A DNA stretch of 32,000 nt from Vibrio cholerae ATCC 14035 (GTDB lineage Bacteria; Pseudomonadota; Gammaproteobacteria; Enterobacterales; Vibrionaceae). A program made the position numbers and the translations under genes. The notes under the pieces were generated by a model. It was given only the letters and a program-made list of their open reading frames with translations. It had not been told where the DNA came from and ran no database searches. This document shows positions 8,985-17,326 of the stretch, piece by piece (within the stretch, counting starts at the first letter, position 1; each line of letters starts with the position of its first letter). The stretch covers positions 58,921 through 90,920 of the forward strand of contig NZ_KK211324.1 of NCBI RefSeq assembly GCF_000621645.1, in the 5' to 3' direction.

Positions 8985-9556
8985 TGCTTGAGTCACTGCT
9001 GACGGAAATTCGCCAGTGCACAGTGTGTGAACCCCATTTACCCTTGGGCGCGAATCCGGTGATCCGCGCCCATCCGGCGGCGAAGATTTTAATTATTGGC
9101 CAAGCACCGGGCACTAAGGTGCACCAAACCTCCATTCCGTGGAATGATGCCAGCGGTGAGCGGCTGCGTCAGTGGTTGGGTTTAGATCGCGAAGCGTTTT
9201 ACTGCGAAGAAAACATCGCCATCATGCCGATGGGGCTTTGCTATCCGGGCAAAGGGCGCAGCGGAGATTTACCGCCACGTAAAGAGTGTGCGCCACTGTG
9301 GCATGCCAAAGTGCTGGAACAACTGCCCAATCGGCAACTCACTCTCCTGATTGGACAATATGCACAGCATTATTATCTGTCGGACAAACCCAGCACCTTG
9401 ACCGAAACGGTACAGCAGTGGCAACGCTGGGCGCCTTCGGTCTTACCGCTACCGCATCCCTCTCCACGCAACACCTTATGGCTGAAAAATCACCCTTGGT
9501 TTGAGCAAGACATCGTGCCCTACCTACGCCAACGAGTGAAGCAAGTACTTACATAG
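8984..9556 (+). CDS. Uracil-DNA glycosylase superfamily protein
   Basis: 190 aa with a GQAPG motif (ILIIGQAPGTKVH) and C-terminal LPLPHPSPRN, typical of UDG family 4/5-like proteins. Its ATG overlaps the preceding stop (cTGATGc), suggesting translational coupling. Confidence 0.7.
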   Translation: MLESLLTEIRQCTVCEPHLPLGANPVIRAHPAAKILIIGQAPGTKVHQTSIPWNDASGERLRQWLGLDREAFYCEENIAIMPMGLCYPGKGRSGDLPPRKECAPLWHAKVLEQLPNRQLTLLIGQYAQHYYLSDKPSTLTETVQQWQRWAPSVLPLPHPSPRNTLWLKNHPWFEQDIVPYLRQRVKQVLT

Positions 9557-9610
9557 CAAGCCGTTAGGGTTTGAGGTAGTATGGCGCGCAGATTGATTAA
9601 GGAGTAAGCC

Positions 9611-10849
9611 ATGCTTGAAACATTAACCTTGTGGTTACAGAAGTTTGATATTGAAATTGAACGCGTGATCCAGCTTGCGGAAGCGCTCGGGCTGATCGCA
9701 GCCATTTCGATTGCCATTCATCTCGTGTTACACCGTGGAGTGCTGCTGTGGCTCAAACGCCATACCCACCATGAGCAAAGCGTTTGGCGCAATGCTCTGT
9801 TTAAAGAGCACCTATTTAGCCGCGTTGCCTTACTGATCCAAGGTGTGGTGATTGCGGTGCAAACCCAGTTGTGGCTAAGCCCTAACACCTTTGCTTACGA
9901 TGTTCTGCACACCCTAACCTCATTGTGGATTGTGGTGTTTGGCATGCTGGCCACTTACTCCGTACTCAACGTGCTGGAACTGCTGATCAGCCGAACCCAA
10001 GTGGGTAAAAACCTGCCGACACGCGGCATTTTGCAAAGCATCAAGCTGATTGTGTTTATTATCGCGGCGCTGTTTTTCACCTCAATTTTGATCGGTAAAT
10101 CGCCAGTGATTCTGCTCAGCGGCTTAGGTGCGATGACCGCCGTCTTTATGTTGGTATTTAAAGACCCGATCCTCGGCTTAGTTGCAGGGGTACAACTTTC
10201 GGCCAACAAAATGCTCTCGGTCGGTGACTGGTTGGAAATGCCCAAATATGGCGCAGATGGCTCTGTGATTGATATCAGCCTAACCACAGTCAAAGTGCAG
10301 AACTGGGATAAAACCATCACCACCATTCCAAGCTACGCCCTGATTTCAGATTCCTTTAAAAACTGGAAAGGCATGCAAGAGTCTGGCGGTCGCCGTATCA
10401 AACGCAGCATTTTGATTGATGCCACCAGCGTGCATTTTTTAACAGAAGAAGAGAAACAAGCGCTGAAAAAAGCGCAACTGCTTGAGCCCTACTTGGTCGA
10501 GAAAGAGCAAGAGATCAGCAGCTACAACCAACAAAAACATTGGGATTTGGCCTGCCGTATCAATGGCCGCCGCCTGACCAACATCGGCAGTTTCCGCGCT
10601 TATTTAGAGCGCTACCTGCGTACTCACCCCAATATTCACCAAGATATGACGCTGATGGTGCGTCAGTTAGCGCCCACTCACGATGGCATTTCGCTAGAGG
10701 TGTACTGCTTTACCAGCACCACAGTGTGGGTGGAGTATGAGCGTATTCAGTCGGATATTTTTGATCATATTTACGCGGTACTGCCTGAGTTTGACCTGCG
10801 CGTCTCGCAAGCCCCCACAGGCAATGACTTTCGCGCTCTGAGAGGCTAA
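9611..10849 (+). CDS. Mechanosensitive ion channel family protein (MscS-like)
   Basis: 412 aa. The N-terminal half has multiple TM segments. The MscS core follows: FKDPILGLVAGVQLSANKMLSVGDWLEMPKYGADGSVIDISLTTVKVQNWDKTITTIPSYALISDSFKNW. A strong AAGGAG lies 7 nt before ATG 9611. Confidence 0.85.
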   Translation: MLETLTLWLQKFDIEIERVIQLAEALGLIAAISIAIHLVLHRGVLLWLKRHTHHEQSVWRNALFKEHLFSRVALLIQGVVIAVQTQLWLSPNTFAYDVLHTLTSLWIVVFGMLATYSVLNVLELLISRTQVGKNLPTRGILQSIKLIVFIIAALFFTSILIGKSPVILLSGLGAMTAVFMLVFKDPILGLVAGVQLSANKMLSVGDWLEMPKYGADGSVIDISLTTVKVQNWDKTITTIPSYALISDSFKNWKGMQESGGRRIKRSILIDATSVHFLTEEEKQALKKAQLLEPYLVEKEQEISSYNQQKHWDLACRINGRRLTNIGSFRAYLERYLRTHPNIHQDMTLMVRQLAPTHDGISLEVYCFTSTTVWVEYERIQSDIFDHIYAVLPEFDLRVSQAPTGNDFRALRG

Positions 10850-10882
10850 ACACCGCCCCTCCATTCGCGCGCATCGATCTTA

Positions 10883-10926
10883 CCCCTCCTCCTTCTAGGG
10901 GGGAGGACGGGAGGGGGTATTTCACA
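10883..10926. repeat. GC-rich hairpin repeat, copy 1
   Basis: cccctcctccttctaggggggaggacgggagggggtatttcaca. It contains an imperfect CCTCC...GGAGG hairpin and is about 90% identical to copy 2 by eye. Confidence 0.75.
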
Positions 10927-10986
10927 CCAAGCCAAACAGAAAATGCACAATATAAGCATCCGCAAGCGCCAAATACCCCACCCTAA

Positions 10987-11007
10987 CCCTCCCCTAAAAG
11001 GGGAGGG
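10987..11007. repeat. GC-rich hairpin, related motif
   Basis: CCCTCCCC taaaa GGGGAGGG: a perfect 8-bp stem with a 5-nt loop, preceded by ccccaccctaa. Confidence 0.7.
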
Positions 11008-11051
11008 AAACAAGCTTAATCTTGCTGATTGATAAAGAGATGGCTCTTGCA

Positions 11052-11092
11052 CCTCCCCCTTCTAGGGGGAGGACAGGAGGGGGTATTTCACA
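11052..11092. repeat. GC-rich hairpin repeat, copy 2
   Basis: CCTCCCCC ttcta GGGGGAGG (perfect 8-bp stem) followed by acaggagggggtatttcaca. It is a direct repeat of copy 1 and ends 19 nt before the rjg stop. Confidence 0.75.
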
Positions 11093-11110
11093 TCAAACCA
11101 AGCTTCCCAG

Positions 11111-12427
11111 TCAAAGCACCGAATATCCGAGTTGAGTAAGCTCAGCCGCGAACGCTTGCTTGGCTGGGGCTTCACCGTGGATCAGATGCACTTGCTTGGG
11201 CTTTTCAGGAATGCCGGTAATAAAGCGCAGCAAATCGGCCTTATCGGCGTGAGCGGAATAACCGGACATCGTATGAATATGCGCGTTGACTTCCACTTCA
11301 GTCCCCTCAATCCAGACCGAAGGTTGACCACTTTGAATACTGCGCCCAAGCGTGCCTTCTGCTTGAAAGCCGGCCAAAATCAGGTCAGTGCGCTTATCCG
11401 GCAGCAGCGCTTTTAAATAATCCATAATGCGGCCGCCCTGACACATCCCCGACGCCGCCACCACAATCGCCGCCTCTCCGGTTGAGGCTAAACGGTTGAC
11501 CAAGCGCTCATGGGTTCGGTGATCTTCCACCGTAATACACTGCTCAAACGCCAACGGATGCCGATGCATTTGCAGCCGCGCTTTGGCTTCTCGTCCCCAT
11601 AACTGCTTAAAGCGACGATAAGAACGCGTCACTCGCTGCGCCATCGGCGAATCGAGAATAATCGGCAAGTTAGCATCGATTTGCTGAGAAAAGATGAGCT
11701 GCTCAATATCAAAGAGCAGCTCTTGCGTGCGACCGACACTGAACGCCGGGATCAAAATCGCACCGCCGTCAGTCAGTGAGCGCTCAATCATCGCGCGCAG
11801 CCGCTGCCCTCGGCTCTGCACATCCTCGTGCTGCTTATCGCCATAAGTGGTTTCAATAAACAGATAATCTGCCCGCTCTGGCGACTGCGGATCAGGCAAC
11901 AAAGGCGTATGGCTTGGCCCCAAATCCCCTGAAAACACCACCACCTCACCATTCGGACGCCGGGTTTCCACATACGCCGAGCCCAAAATATGCCCCGCAG
12001 GCTGAAAGCGCACCCAGAGCGAATCAGCACGCTTAGGCTGCACTGCAAACCACTTTTGGTAATCTTGCACCCGCAGCAAACGGCGCACCTCAGTCAGTAC
12101 GCGCTCACTCTGCTTGGGAGACATCCCTAACTGCAGCTTTAAACCATCTTCCAGCATCAATGGCACCAGCTCCGCCGTTGCCGCCGTAGAGTAAATCGGC
12201 TGCTTAAGGCCCGCCGCCAATAACCAAGGCAAACGGCCAATATGGTCGATGTGCGCATGAGTTAAGATCAGAGCATCCACATGCCCCAGCGCAAACTCCA
12301 CAGCCAACGGGCGTTCATCCGCCCCTTGAAACAAGCCGCAATCAATCAGCAGCGCTTGCCCATCGGCTCGCAATTCATGGCATGAACCCGTGACACTCGC
12401 CTTCCCTCCGTGATGAACCACTTCCAT
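11111..12427 (-). CDS. rjg: Metallo-beta-lactamase fold, beta-CASP family hydrolase (V. cholerae 'right junction gene')
   Basis: From ATG 12427 (AGGAG 7 nt upstream): MEVVHHGGKASVTGSCHEL. Motifs are the HxHxDH motif LTHAHIDHIGRLP, FIETTYG and C-terminal VHLIHGE, typical of CPSF/RNase J-like beta-CASP enzymes. Its position directly outside the O-antigen genes matches rjg. Confidence 0.85.
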   Translation of the reverse strand: MEVVHHGGKASVTGSCHELRADGQALLIDCGLFQGADERPLAVEFALGHVDALILTHAHIDHIGRLPWLLAAGLKQPIYSTAATAELVPLMLEDGLKLQLGMSPKQSERVLTEVRRLLRVQDYQKWFAVQPKRADSLWVRFQPAGHILGSAYVETRRPNGEVVVFSGDLGPSHTPLLPDPQSPERADYLFIETTYGDKQHEDVQSRGQRLRAMIERSLTDGGAILIPAFSVGRTQELLFDIEQLIFSQQIDANLPIILDSPMAQRVTRSYRRFKQLWGREAKARLQMHRHPLAFEQCITVEDHRTHERLVNRLASTGEAAIVVAASGMCQGGRIMDYLKALLPDKRTDLILAGFQAEGTLGRSIQSGQPSVWIEGTEVEVNAHIHTMSGYSAHADKADLLRFITGIPEKPKQVHLIHGEAPAKQAFAAELTQLGYSVL

Positions 12428-12579
12428 GTTGTTTCTCCTGTTTTGCGCCACCTTGCCGTGGTTAGCTCGCCTCAGCAACGCACCGAGCCACCAAACTGCG
12501 AGCCAATCACCACAAACTCAGCGATAAGCAACAGCCCATCGACAAATCAGTGCGTAAATAACTACATCGACAAGAGTAA

Positions 12580-12629
12580 AAGCCATAACAATCGAGCCGT
12601 CCAACTGGACGGCTTGATTGTTATGGCTT
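12580..12629 (-). terminator. Long hairpin (23-bp stem, one G-U pair, 4-nt loop) at the 3' end of the phosphoglycosyl transferase gene; probable terminator
   Basis: AAGCCATAACAATCGAGCCGTCC (12580-12602) / aact / GGACGGCTTGATTGTTATGGCTT (12607-12629). On the minus strand it starts within the last codons and stop (AAG CCA TAA) and is followed by ttactctt, a partial U-tract. Confidence 0.65.
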
Positions 12630-13175
12630 AACACGATCACCCGCTCCCTTGCCTAAAACGGTCTGAATGATATACGTAAAGTAGTTTTTTAAATTCAGCG
12701 TTTGAATCATCTGTTGATCAAGCTCTGCAAGCTTTACCGGTGTCGACATATCCACTTCGTTTACTTGAGCCAGTCCCGTAATGCCAGGGAGAACAGTAAA
12801 CACTCCACGGGCTTCTCGTTCAACAATCAGATCTTGTTGATTAAACAAGCAAGGTCGAGGCCCAACTAAACTCATTTCCCCCTTCAGCACATTGATCAAT
12901 TGTGGAAGCTCATCAAGCTTGGTTTTGCGCAGAAACTGACCAAGCCTAGTGACAGAAGAAGCACCAACCAAATGGGTTGCCACCGACGCAGTATTCTTTG
13001 GCATGGTTCGAAATTTAATGAGGGTAAATGGACGCTGATTCTTACCGACTCGCTGTTGGCAGAAAATGGGGGAGCCAGTATCAAAATAGCCCAAAATGCA
13101 CACAATCAATAACACAGGCCAGAGTAACAACAGCCCAACTAGAGCAAAAATAAAATCAAGAAATCGAATAACCAT
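12621..13175 (-). CDS. Small monotopic undecaprenyl-phosphate sugar phosphotransferase (bacterial sugar transferase family, PglC/WbaP-C-terminal type)
   Basis: 184 aa. It has an N-terminal re-entrant helix (FIFALVGLLLLWPVLLIVCILGYF), then PIFCQQRVGKNQRPFTLIKFRTM, KLDELPQLINVLKGEMSLVGPRP and LPGITGLAQV. These are the hallmark motifs of the family. Confidence 0.9.
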   Translation of the reverse strand: MVIRFLDFIFALVGLLLLWPVLLIVCILGYFDTGSPIFCQQRVGKNQRPFTLIKFRTMPKNTASVATHLVGASSVTRLGQFLRKTKLDELPQLINVLKGEMSLVGPRPCLFNQQDLIVEREARGVFTVLPGITGLAQVNEVDMSTPVKLAELDQQMIQTLNLKNYFTYIIQTVLGKGAGDRVKP

Positions 13176-13182
13176 GTCTTTA

Positions 13183-14154
13183 TCACTTAGATGATTGAGA
13201 TAAGTAGAAATTTACCGTGCGCGCTATGCCCTGTTCGAAACTCACAGGTGGCGACCAGTGTAGTGTTTTTTGGGTATGAGCGATATCCAGTTGTAAGTTA
13301 CCGCATAAGCGCTGCCCCAGCTCTGGCTTACCCAATAGCCTCAGTAACCACTGCAGTCCGGTTTGTGGAATGGGTAATAATCTGGGTCGAATCTGCATTG
13401 CTTGGGCGATAGTTCTAAGAAGCGTGGTCAAAGAAACATCGTGGTTATCAGAAACTAAAAAAATCTCCCCTGCGGCTTTGGGGTGCTGGCAACAAACTAA
13501 GATTAGATCGACTAAATTGTCCAAATACACCAGACTACGCATATTCCCCACCGCACCAAGAGGTAAGGGAATTTGCTTTTTGACCCAATTCATCATAGAA
13601 AGGAAGTTAGCCTTAACCCCTTCGCCATACACTAACGGTGGACGAATGATCACAACTTCAAGTCCAGTTTCTGCTGCGAGCTCTAATAACTGTTGTTCCG
13701 CCTCATATTTACTTAAGCCGTAAGGGTCAGAGGGAATGTGTTGATCATCATGCTGAAAAGCAGACCCAGCTTTGGTTTGCTCACCGTTGACTTTAATTGA
13801 GCTTAAAAAGATAAATCTTTTGACTCCAGCAGATACTGCTTGCTTCGCCAAATTCAGAGTGCCTTGTGTATTCACATCACGATACGCTTTAAGGGCATCC
13901 GCTTCTGTTTCTTGCATTTGGTGAACTCTAGCGGCGCAATGAACTACACAATCGACACCGACTAAAGCTCTCTCCCAATCTGTATTTGGTGTGATATCAA
14001 GCAATACCTGCTCAAATGAATAGGGTTGTTGGCTGCGCGATTGCGCAACCAGTGCATACCCTATATTTTGCGCTTGGGTGAGTACTCGCAAACCGACAAA
14101 GCCAGATGCTCCAGTCACAAGTATTTTTAATGGTGTTTGATTATCTGGTTCCAT
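13183..14154 (-). CDS. NAD-dependent sugar-nucleotide epimerase/reductase (extended SDR; annotated galE-like in this locus)
   Basis: 323 aa with Rossmann motif ILVTGASGFVG and catalytic YGLSKYEAE (YxxxK). ATG 14154 has AGGGT upstream. It ends 8 nt before the transferase start. Confidence 0.85.
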   Translation of the reverse strand: MEPDNQTPLKILVTGASGFVGLRVLTQAQNIGYALVAQSRSQQPYSFEQVLLDITPNTDWERALVGVDCVVHCAARVHQMQETEADALKAYRDVNTQGTLNLAKQAVSAGVKRFIFLSSIKVNGEQTKAGSAFQHDDQHIPSDPYGLSKYEAEQQLLELAAETGLEVVIIRPPLVYGEGVKANFLSMMNWVKKQIPLPLGAVGNMRSLVYLDNLVDLILVCCQHPKAAGEIFLVSDNHDVSLTTLLRTIAQAMQIRPRLLPIPQTGLQWLLRLLGKPELGQRLCGNLQLDIAHTQKTLHWSPPVSFEQGIARTVNFYLSQSSK

Positions 14155-14306
14155 CTTACCCTATCTTTTTACAAAACTATGCCAACGATCAGCATCATGA
14201 GTCTGGCAAACGCTACTCAAGCAAACTACAATTCGGGCGATACTAATATAACGCATAACAATATCAACCCGTTGGGTTGGCTAATTATAAGGCGAGCTGC
14301 TAAGCA

Positions 14307-16172
14307 ATGTTTACCCCTATTCAACTGCTCTTAAGCGCACAGCGTCATCATAAGCGTATGATAACGTTGCTATATGATGTATTTGCGCTGATGTTTTCCC
14401 TTTATGCTGCCATCGCACTACGCTTAGATACTTTAGCATTCACGTTTAGCTTCCCAGAGTTTCTGAGCATGATGACAACGGTAGGGGTCACTCTCTACTG
14501 CTTTGTCCGACTCGGTATGTATCGCGCAGTGCTACGTTATATGATGCTGCCTGCGATCGGCTATATCTTTTTGTCTGTCATCATTTCTGCGGTGACGCTA
14601 GCACTAAGCGGCTTTTTCTTTCAGGCCTTTATTCCCCGCAGTGTCCCCTTTATTTATGCAGGCCTAGCAACGCTGACTTTAGGTGGGCCTAGAATTTTTA
14701 TTCGCACCATCTATTACCATTATTACAAGCGTCAGAAACCAAATGTTTTTATCTATGGTGCAGGTTCAACAGGGCGAGATCTGGCCTATGCTCTCATTCA
14801 AGGTGATGAGTACCACCCGGTAATCTTCTTAGATGATGATCCAGCTAAAACAGGACAAATTATATTTGGGCTGCGAGTGCACCATAGTAGTGATTTTGAA
14901 TCACTCAGAAATCTTTATGAACCCGTAAAGATGCTGATCGCCATAAATAATATCGGTAAAAATACACGTATAAAATTACTTGAACGACTCTCTCATTGGC
15001 CCATTGAGATTCAATCTGTCCCCTCAGTGGAAGATATTGCTGCGGGACGCGCAAAAGCGACTGATGTACAAGATCTTGATATCGCAGATTTGCTTGGCCG
15101 CGCACCGGTTGAACCCGACTTAGCGCTGTTACAAAAAAACATTACTGAAAAATCCGTCATGGTCACTGGAGCGGGAGGTTCGATTGGCTCAGAGTTATGC
15201 AGACAAATCTTGGCTCAAAAACCTAAAACCTTAGTGTTATTTGAGCTCAATGAATATAACTTGTATACCATCGATCAGGAATTACAAGCGATCAAACAGA
15301 ATTTAAAACTCAACACGAAAATAGTTGCAGCACTTGGCTCAGTACAACGTGAAAACCGCGTCAAAAAACTCATGCAAGCTCATCAGGTTGAAACGGTTTA
15401 CCATGCTGCAGCTTATAAACACGTTCCTCTCGTTGAAGATAATGTTATCGAAGGCATTCGCAACAATGTCTTTGGAACATTAGCCTGTGCTAATGCAGCT
15501 ATAGAAGCTGGCGTAAAAAACTTTACTCTGATTTCAACGGATAAAGCCGTGCGGCCAACGAATATCATGGGAGCAAGCAAGCGGATGGCAGAGCTGGTAC
15601 TACAAGCCCTAGCCGATAAAAACAGTACAACCATTTTTACCATGGTACGTTTCGGGAATGTCTTAGGCTCTTCAGGTTCGGTCGTTCCTCTATTCAAAAA
15701 ACAGATCCGCGCAGGTGGGCCAGTAACGGTAACTCACCCTGATATCATCCGATATTTCATGCTGATTCCAGAAGCCGCTCAGCTTGTCATTCAAGCTGGG
15801 GCGATGAGTCATAATGGACAAGTCTTTGTCCTCGATATGGGTGAACCAGTAAAAATCGTCGATCTCGCCAAACGTATGATTCATCTTATGGGCATGAAAG
15901 AATTCTGCGATGGAAGAAGTGATGAAGGCGATATCGAGATCAAGTTTACTGGCTTGCGCCCAGGAGAAAAGCTCTATGAAGAGCTACTTATCGGAGAGAA
16001 TGTGGAAGGCACTAGCCATCAAAAGATCATGACAGCATGTGAAGAAAAACTGAGTTGGGATGCCATGGAAGACCTACTCACGGAACTTGATGTATGCTGT
16101 CATAACTTTGATGTTGAATGTATTAAGCGAATTTTACTTGATGCACCTACGGGTTATTCGCCACAAAAATGA
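14307..16172 (+). CDS. rfbV: Membrane-anchored UDP-GlcNAc 4,6-dehydratase family protein (WbpM/PglF/CapD-like)
   Basis: 621 aa, collinear with P. aeruginosa WbpM. The N-terminus is TM-rich. Shared segments are DIADLLGRAPV, VMVTGAGGSIGSELCRQI, YHAAAYKHVPLVE, STDKAVRPTNIMGASKR, MVRFGNVLGSSGSVVPLF and GLRPGEKLYEELL. Confidence 0.9.
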   Translation: MFTPIQLLLSAQRHHKRMITLLYDVFALMFSLYAAIALRLDTLAFTFSFPEFLSMMTTVGVTLYCFVRLGMYRAVLRYMMLPAIGYIFLSVIISAVTLALSGFFFQAFIPRSVPFIYAGLATLTLGGPRIFIRTIYYHYYKRQKPNVFIYGAGSTGRDLAYALIQGDEYHPVIFLDDDPAKTGQIIFGLRVHHSSDFESLRNLYEPVKMLIAINNIGKNTRIKLLERLSHWPIEIQSVPSVEDIAAGRAKATDVQDLDIADLLGRAPVEPDLALLQKNITEKSVMVTGAGGSIGSELCRQILAQKPKTLVLFELNEYNLYTIDQELQAIKQNLKLNTKIVAALGSVQRENRVKKLMQAHQVETVYHAAAYKHVPLVEDNVIEGIRNNVFGTLACANAAIEAGVKNFTLISTDKAVRPTNIMGASKRMAELVLQALADKNSTTIFTMVRFGNVLGSSGSVVPLFKKQIRAGGPVTVTHPDIIRYFMLIPEAAQLVIQAGAMSHNGQVFVLDMGEPVKIVDLAKRMIHLMGMKEFCDGRSDEGDIEIKFTGLRPGEKLYEELLIGENVEGTSHQKIMTACEEKLSWDAMEDLLTELDVCCHNFDVECIKRILLDAPTGYSPQK

Positions 16173-16179
16173 GAATAAA

Positions 16180-17292
16180 ATGAAAGTATTGCATGTATAT
16201 AGAACCTGTTATCCTGAAACAAAAGGCGGTGTTGAGCAAGTTATTCGATTTATAGCATCGGGAACAAAACCGTTAGGAATAGAAACTAAAATACTTACAT
16301 TATCTGATAATCAAACTTCTTCTTATTATTGTGAAGGAACAGAAATAATCTCAGTAAAAAAATCGATTGAAATCTCTTCAAATGGATTCTCGTGGAAGCT
16401 AATTAGACAATTCAAGAAACTTTCAAAATGGGCTGACATAATCCATTACCATTATCCATGGCCAACCGGAGACTTTCTCTCTTTATTTGGCTCATCGAAT
16501 CCAAGTATTGTAACGTATCATTCCGATATTATTCGTCAAAAGTGCTTAAAGAAATTATATCAACCACTTGAGAGTCATTTTTTAAATCAAGCAAATATCC
16601 TTGTGGCAACATCACCACAATATGCACACACAAGCGAGAATTTGTTAAGGCATAAAAATAAGGTAAAAATAATTCCACTTGCCGTTGATGAGAATACTTA
16701 TCCTATCCCATCAAACGATAATATTAATAAATGGCGAGAAAAAGTAGGGGAAGGTTTTTTCTTATTTGTTGGCGTATTACGGTACTACAAGGGTCTAGAT
16801 TTCTTACTTGAAGCAGCAAAAATCAACCAGCTACCTGTTATAATTGCTGGTGACGGTCCGGAAAGAGTAAAACTAGAGTCTTATATTGCCAAACACAATC
16901 TTGAAAACGTTAAGCTAGTAGGATTCATTTCTGAGGAAGACAAAGTCATATTACATTTACTTTCTAAAGCTTTTGTTTTCCCATCTCACCTACGCTCAGA
17001 AGCTTTTGGTATATCACTTATCGAAGCACAAATGTACTGTAAAGCCATTATTAGTAGTGATATTGGCACAGGTTCATCTTATGTGAACATCAATGGCGAA
17101 ACAGGGTTAGTTGTTCCGCCAGCTGACAGTCAAAGCTTTTCCGATGCAATGTTAAAAATAGAACATGATACAAAACTTTGTGAAAAATTAGGTATTAATG
17201 CTCGCAAACGTTTTGAACAGGAATTCACAGCACATCGCTATGCACAAAGCTATACTAAACTGTATAGTGAACTCTTCGGAAATGTCTGTTGA
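16180..17292 (+). CDS. rfbU: Glycosyltransferase, GT4 family
   Basis: Track ORF 16060..17292 overlaps rfbV. The likely start is ATG 16180 (MKVLHVYRTCYPETKGGVEQV), 7 nt after the rfbV stop. The EX7E motif is SEAFGISLIEAQ. The product is 370 aa. Confidence 0.88.
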   Translation: MKVLHVYRTCYPETKGGVEQVIRFIASGTKPLGIETKILTLSDNQTSSYYCEGTEIISVKKSIEISSNGFSWKLIRQFKKLSKWADIIHYHYPWPTGDFLSLFGSSNPSIVTYHSDIIRQKCLKKLYQPLESHFLNQANILVATSPQYAHTSENLLRHKNKVKIIPLAVDENTYPIPSNDNINKWREKVGEGFFLFVGVLRYYKGLDFLLEAAKINQLPVIIAGDGPERVKLESYIAKHNLENVKLVGFISEEDKVILHLLSKAFVFPSHLRSEAFGISLIEAQMYCKAIISSDIGTGSSYVNINGETGLVVPPADSQSFSDAMLKIEHDTKLCEKLGINARKRFEQEFTAHRYAQSYTKLYSELFGNVC

Positions 17293-17326
17293 ACTTGCAA
17301 TGACATACGGAATATATTAAATTATT

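Noticed and set aside
10710-11052. Two minus-strand ORFs (71 and 68 aa) with Pro/Gly-rich products (…PLPSSPLEGGGV…, …LFPSPFRGGLGWG…).
   Set aside because: Both run through the GC-rich hairpin repeats. Their amino-acid strings are just translations of the CCTCCCC/GGGGAGG arms. They have no Shine-Dalgarno sequence and lie between convergent genes, so I treat them as repeat artefacts.
10883-11092. Possible CRISPR array, because palindromic repeats recur in the interval.
   Set aside because: There are only two direct copies plus one different hairpin. Spacing is irregular, there are no cas genes in the window, and the repeats are imperfect. The region is better explained as REP/MITE-like intergenic elements.
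11111-12427. The beta-CASP metallo-hydrolase next to repeats, considered as a possible novel nuclease-based defence or mobile function.
   Set aside because: It is a solitary gene with core-genome composition and no partner genes (no ATPase, helicase, methylase or toxin). It corresponds to the conserved rjg flanking gene, so there is no basis to call it a new system.
13370-13723. Long ORFs antisense to or overlapping confident genes. Examples are 264..557, 2344..2619, 3578..3817, 4172..4516, 5370..5672, 7673..7972, 7995..8405, 9955..10326, 13370..13723, 15413..15697, 19744..20142, 22097..22378 and 28182..28424.
   Set aside because: These are shadow ORFs on the opposite strand or in another frame of well-supported coding regions. 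Their composition is low-complexity or Arg/Ser/Cys-rich and no motifs are recognisable.
14155-14306. Looked for a JUMPStart/ops element (GGCGGTAG) and clear sigma-70 promoters in the divergent SDR / rfbV intergenic region.
   Set aside because: No ops motif is present, and no -35/-10 pair with acceptable spacing stood out. The main-operon ops element would be upstream of rfbA, outside this window. I made no promoter call.
16060-16179. N-terminal extensions in the ORF track. They affect rfbU from 16060, rfbT to 18229, wzt to 26626, rjg to 12478, yjaG to 8068, purD from 673, mak to 5872, the lipoprotein to 2820, and rfbG from a TTG at 28722.
   Set aside because: In each case the extension overlaps the neighbouring gene or a terminator, and it is not part of the conserved family N-terminus. 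An internal ATG with a Shine-Dalgarno sequence or stop-start coupling fits better.
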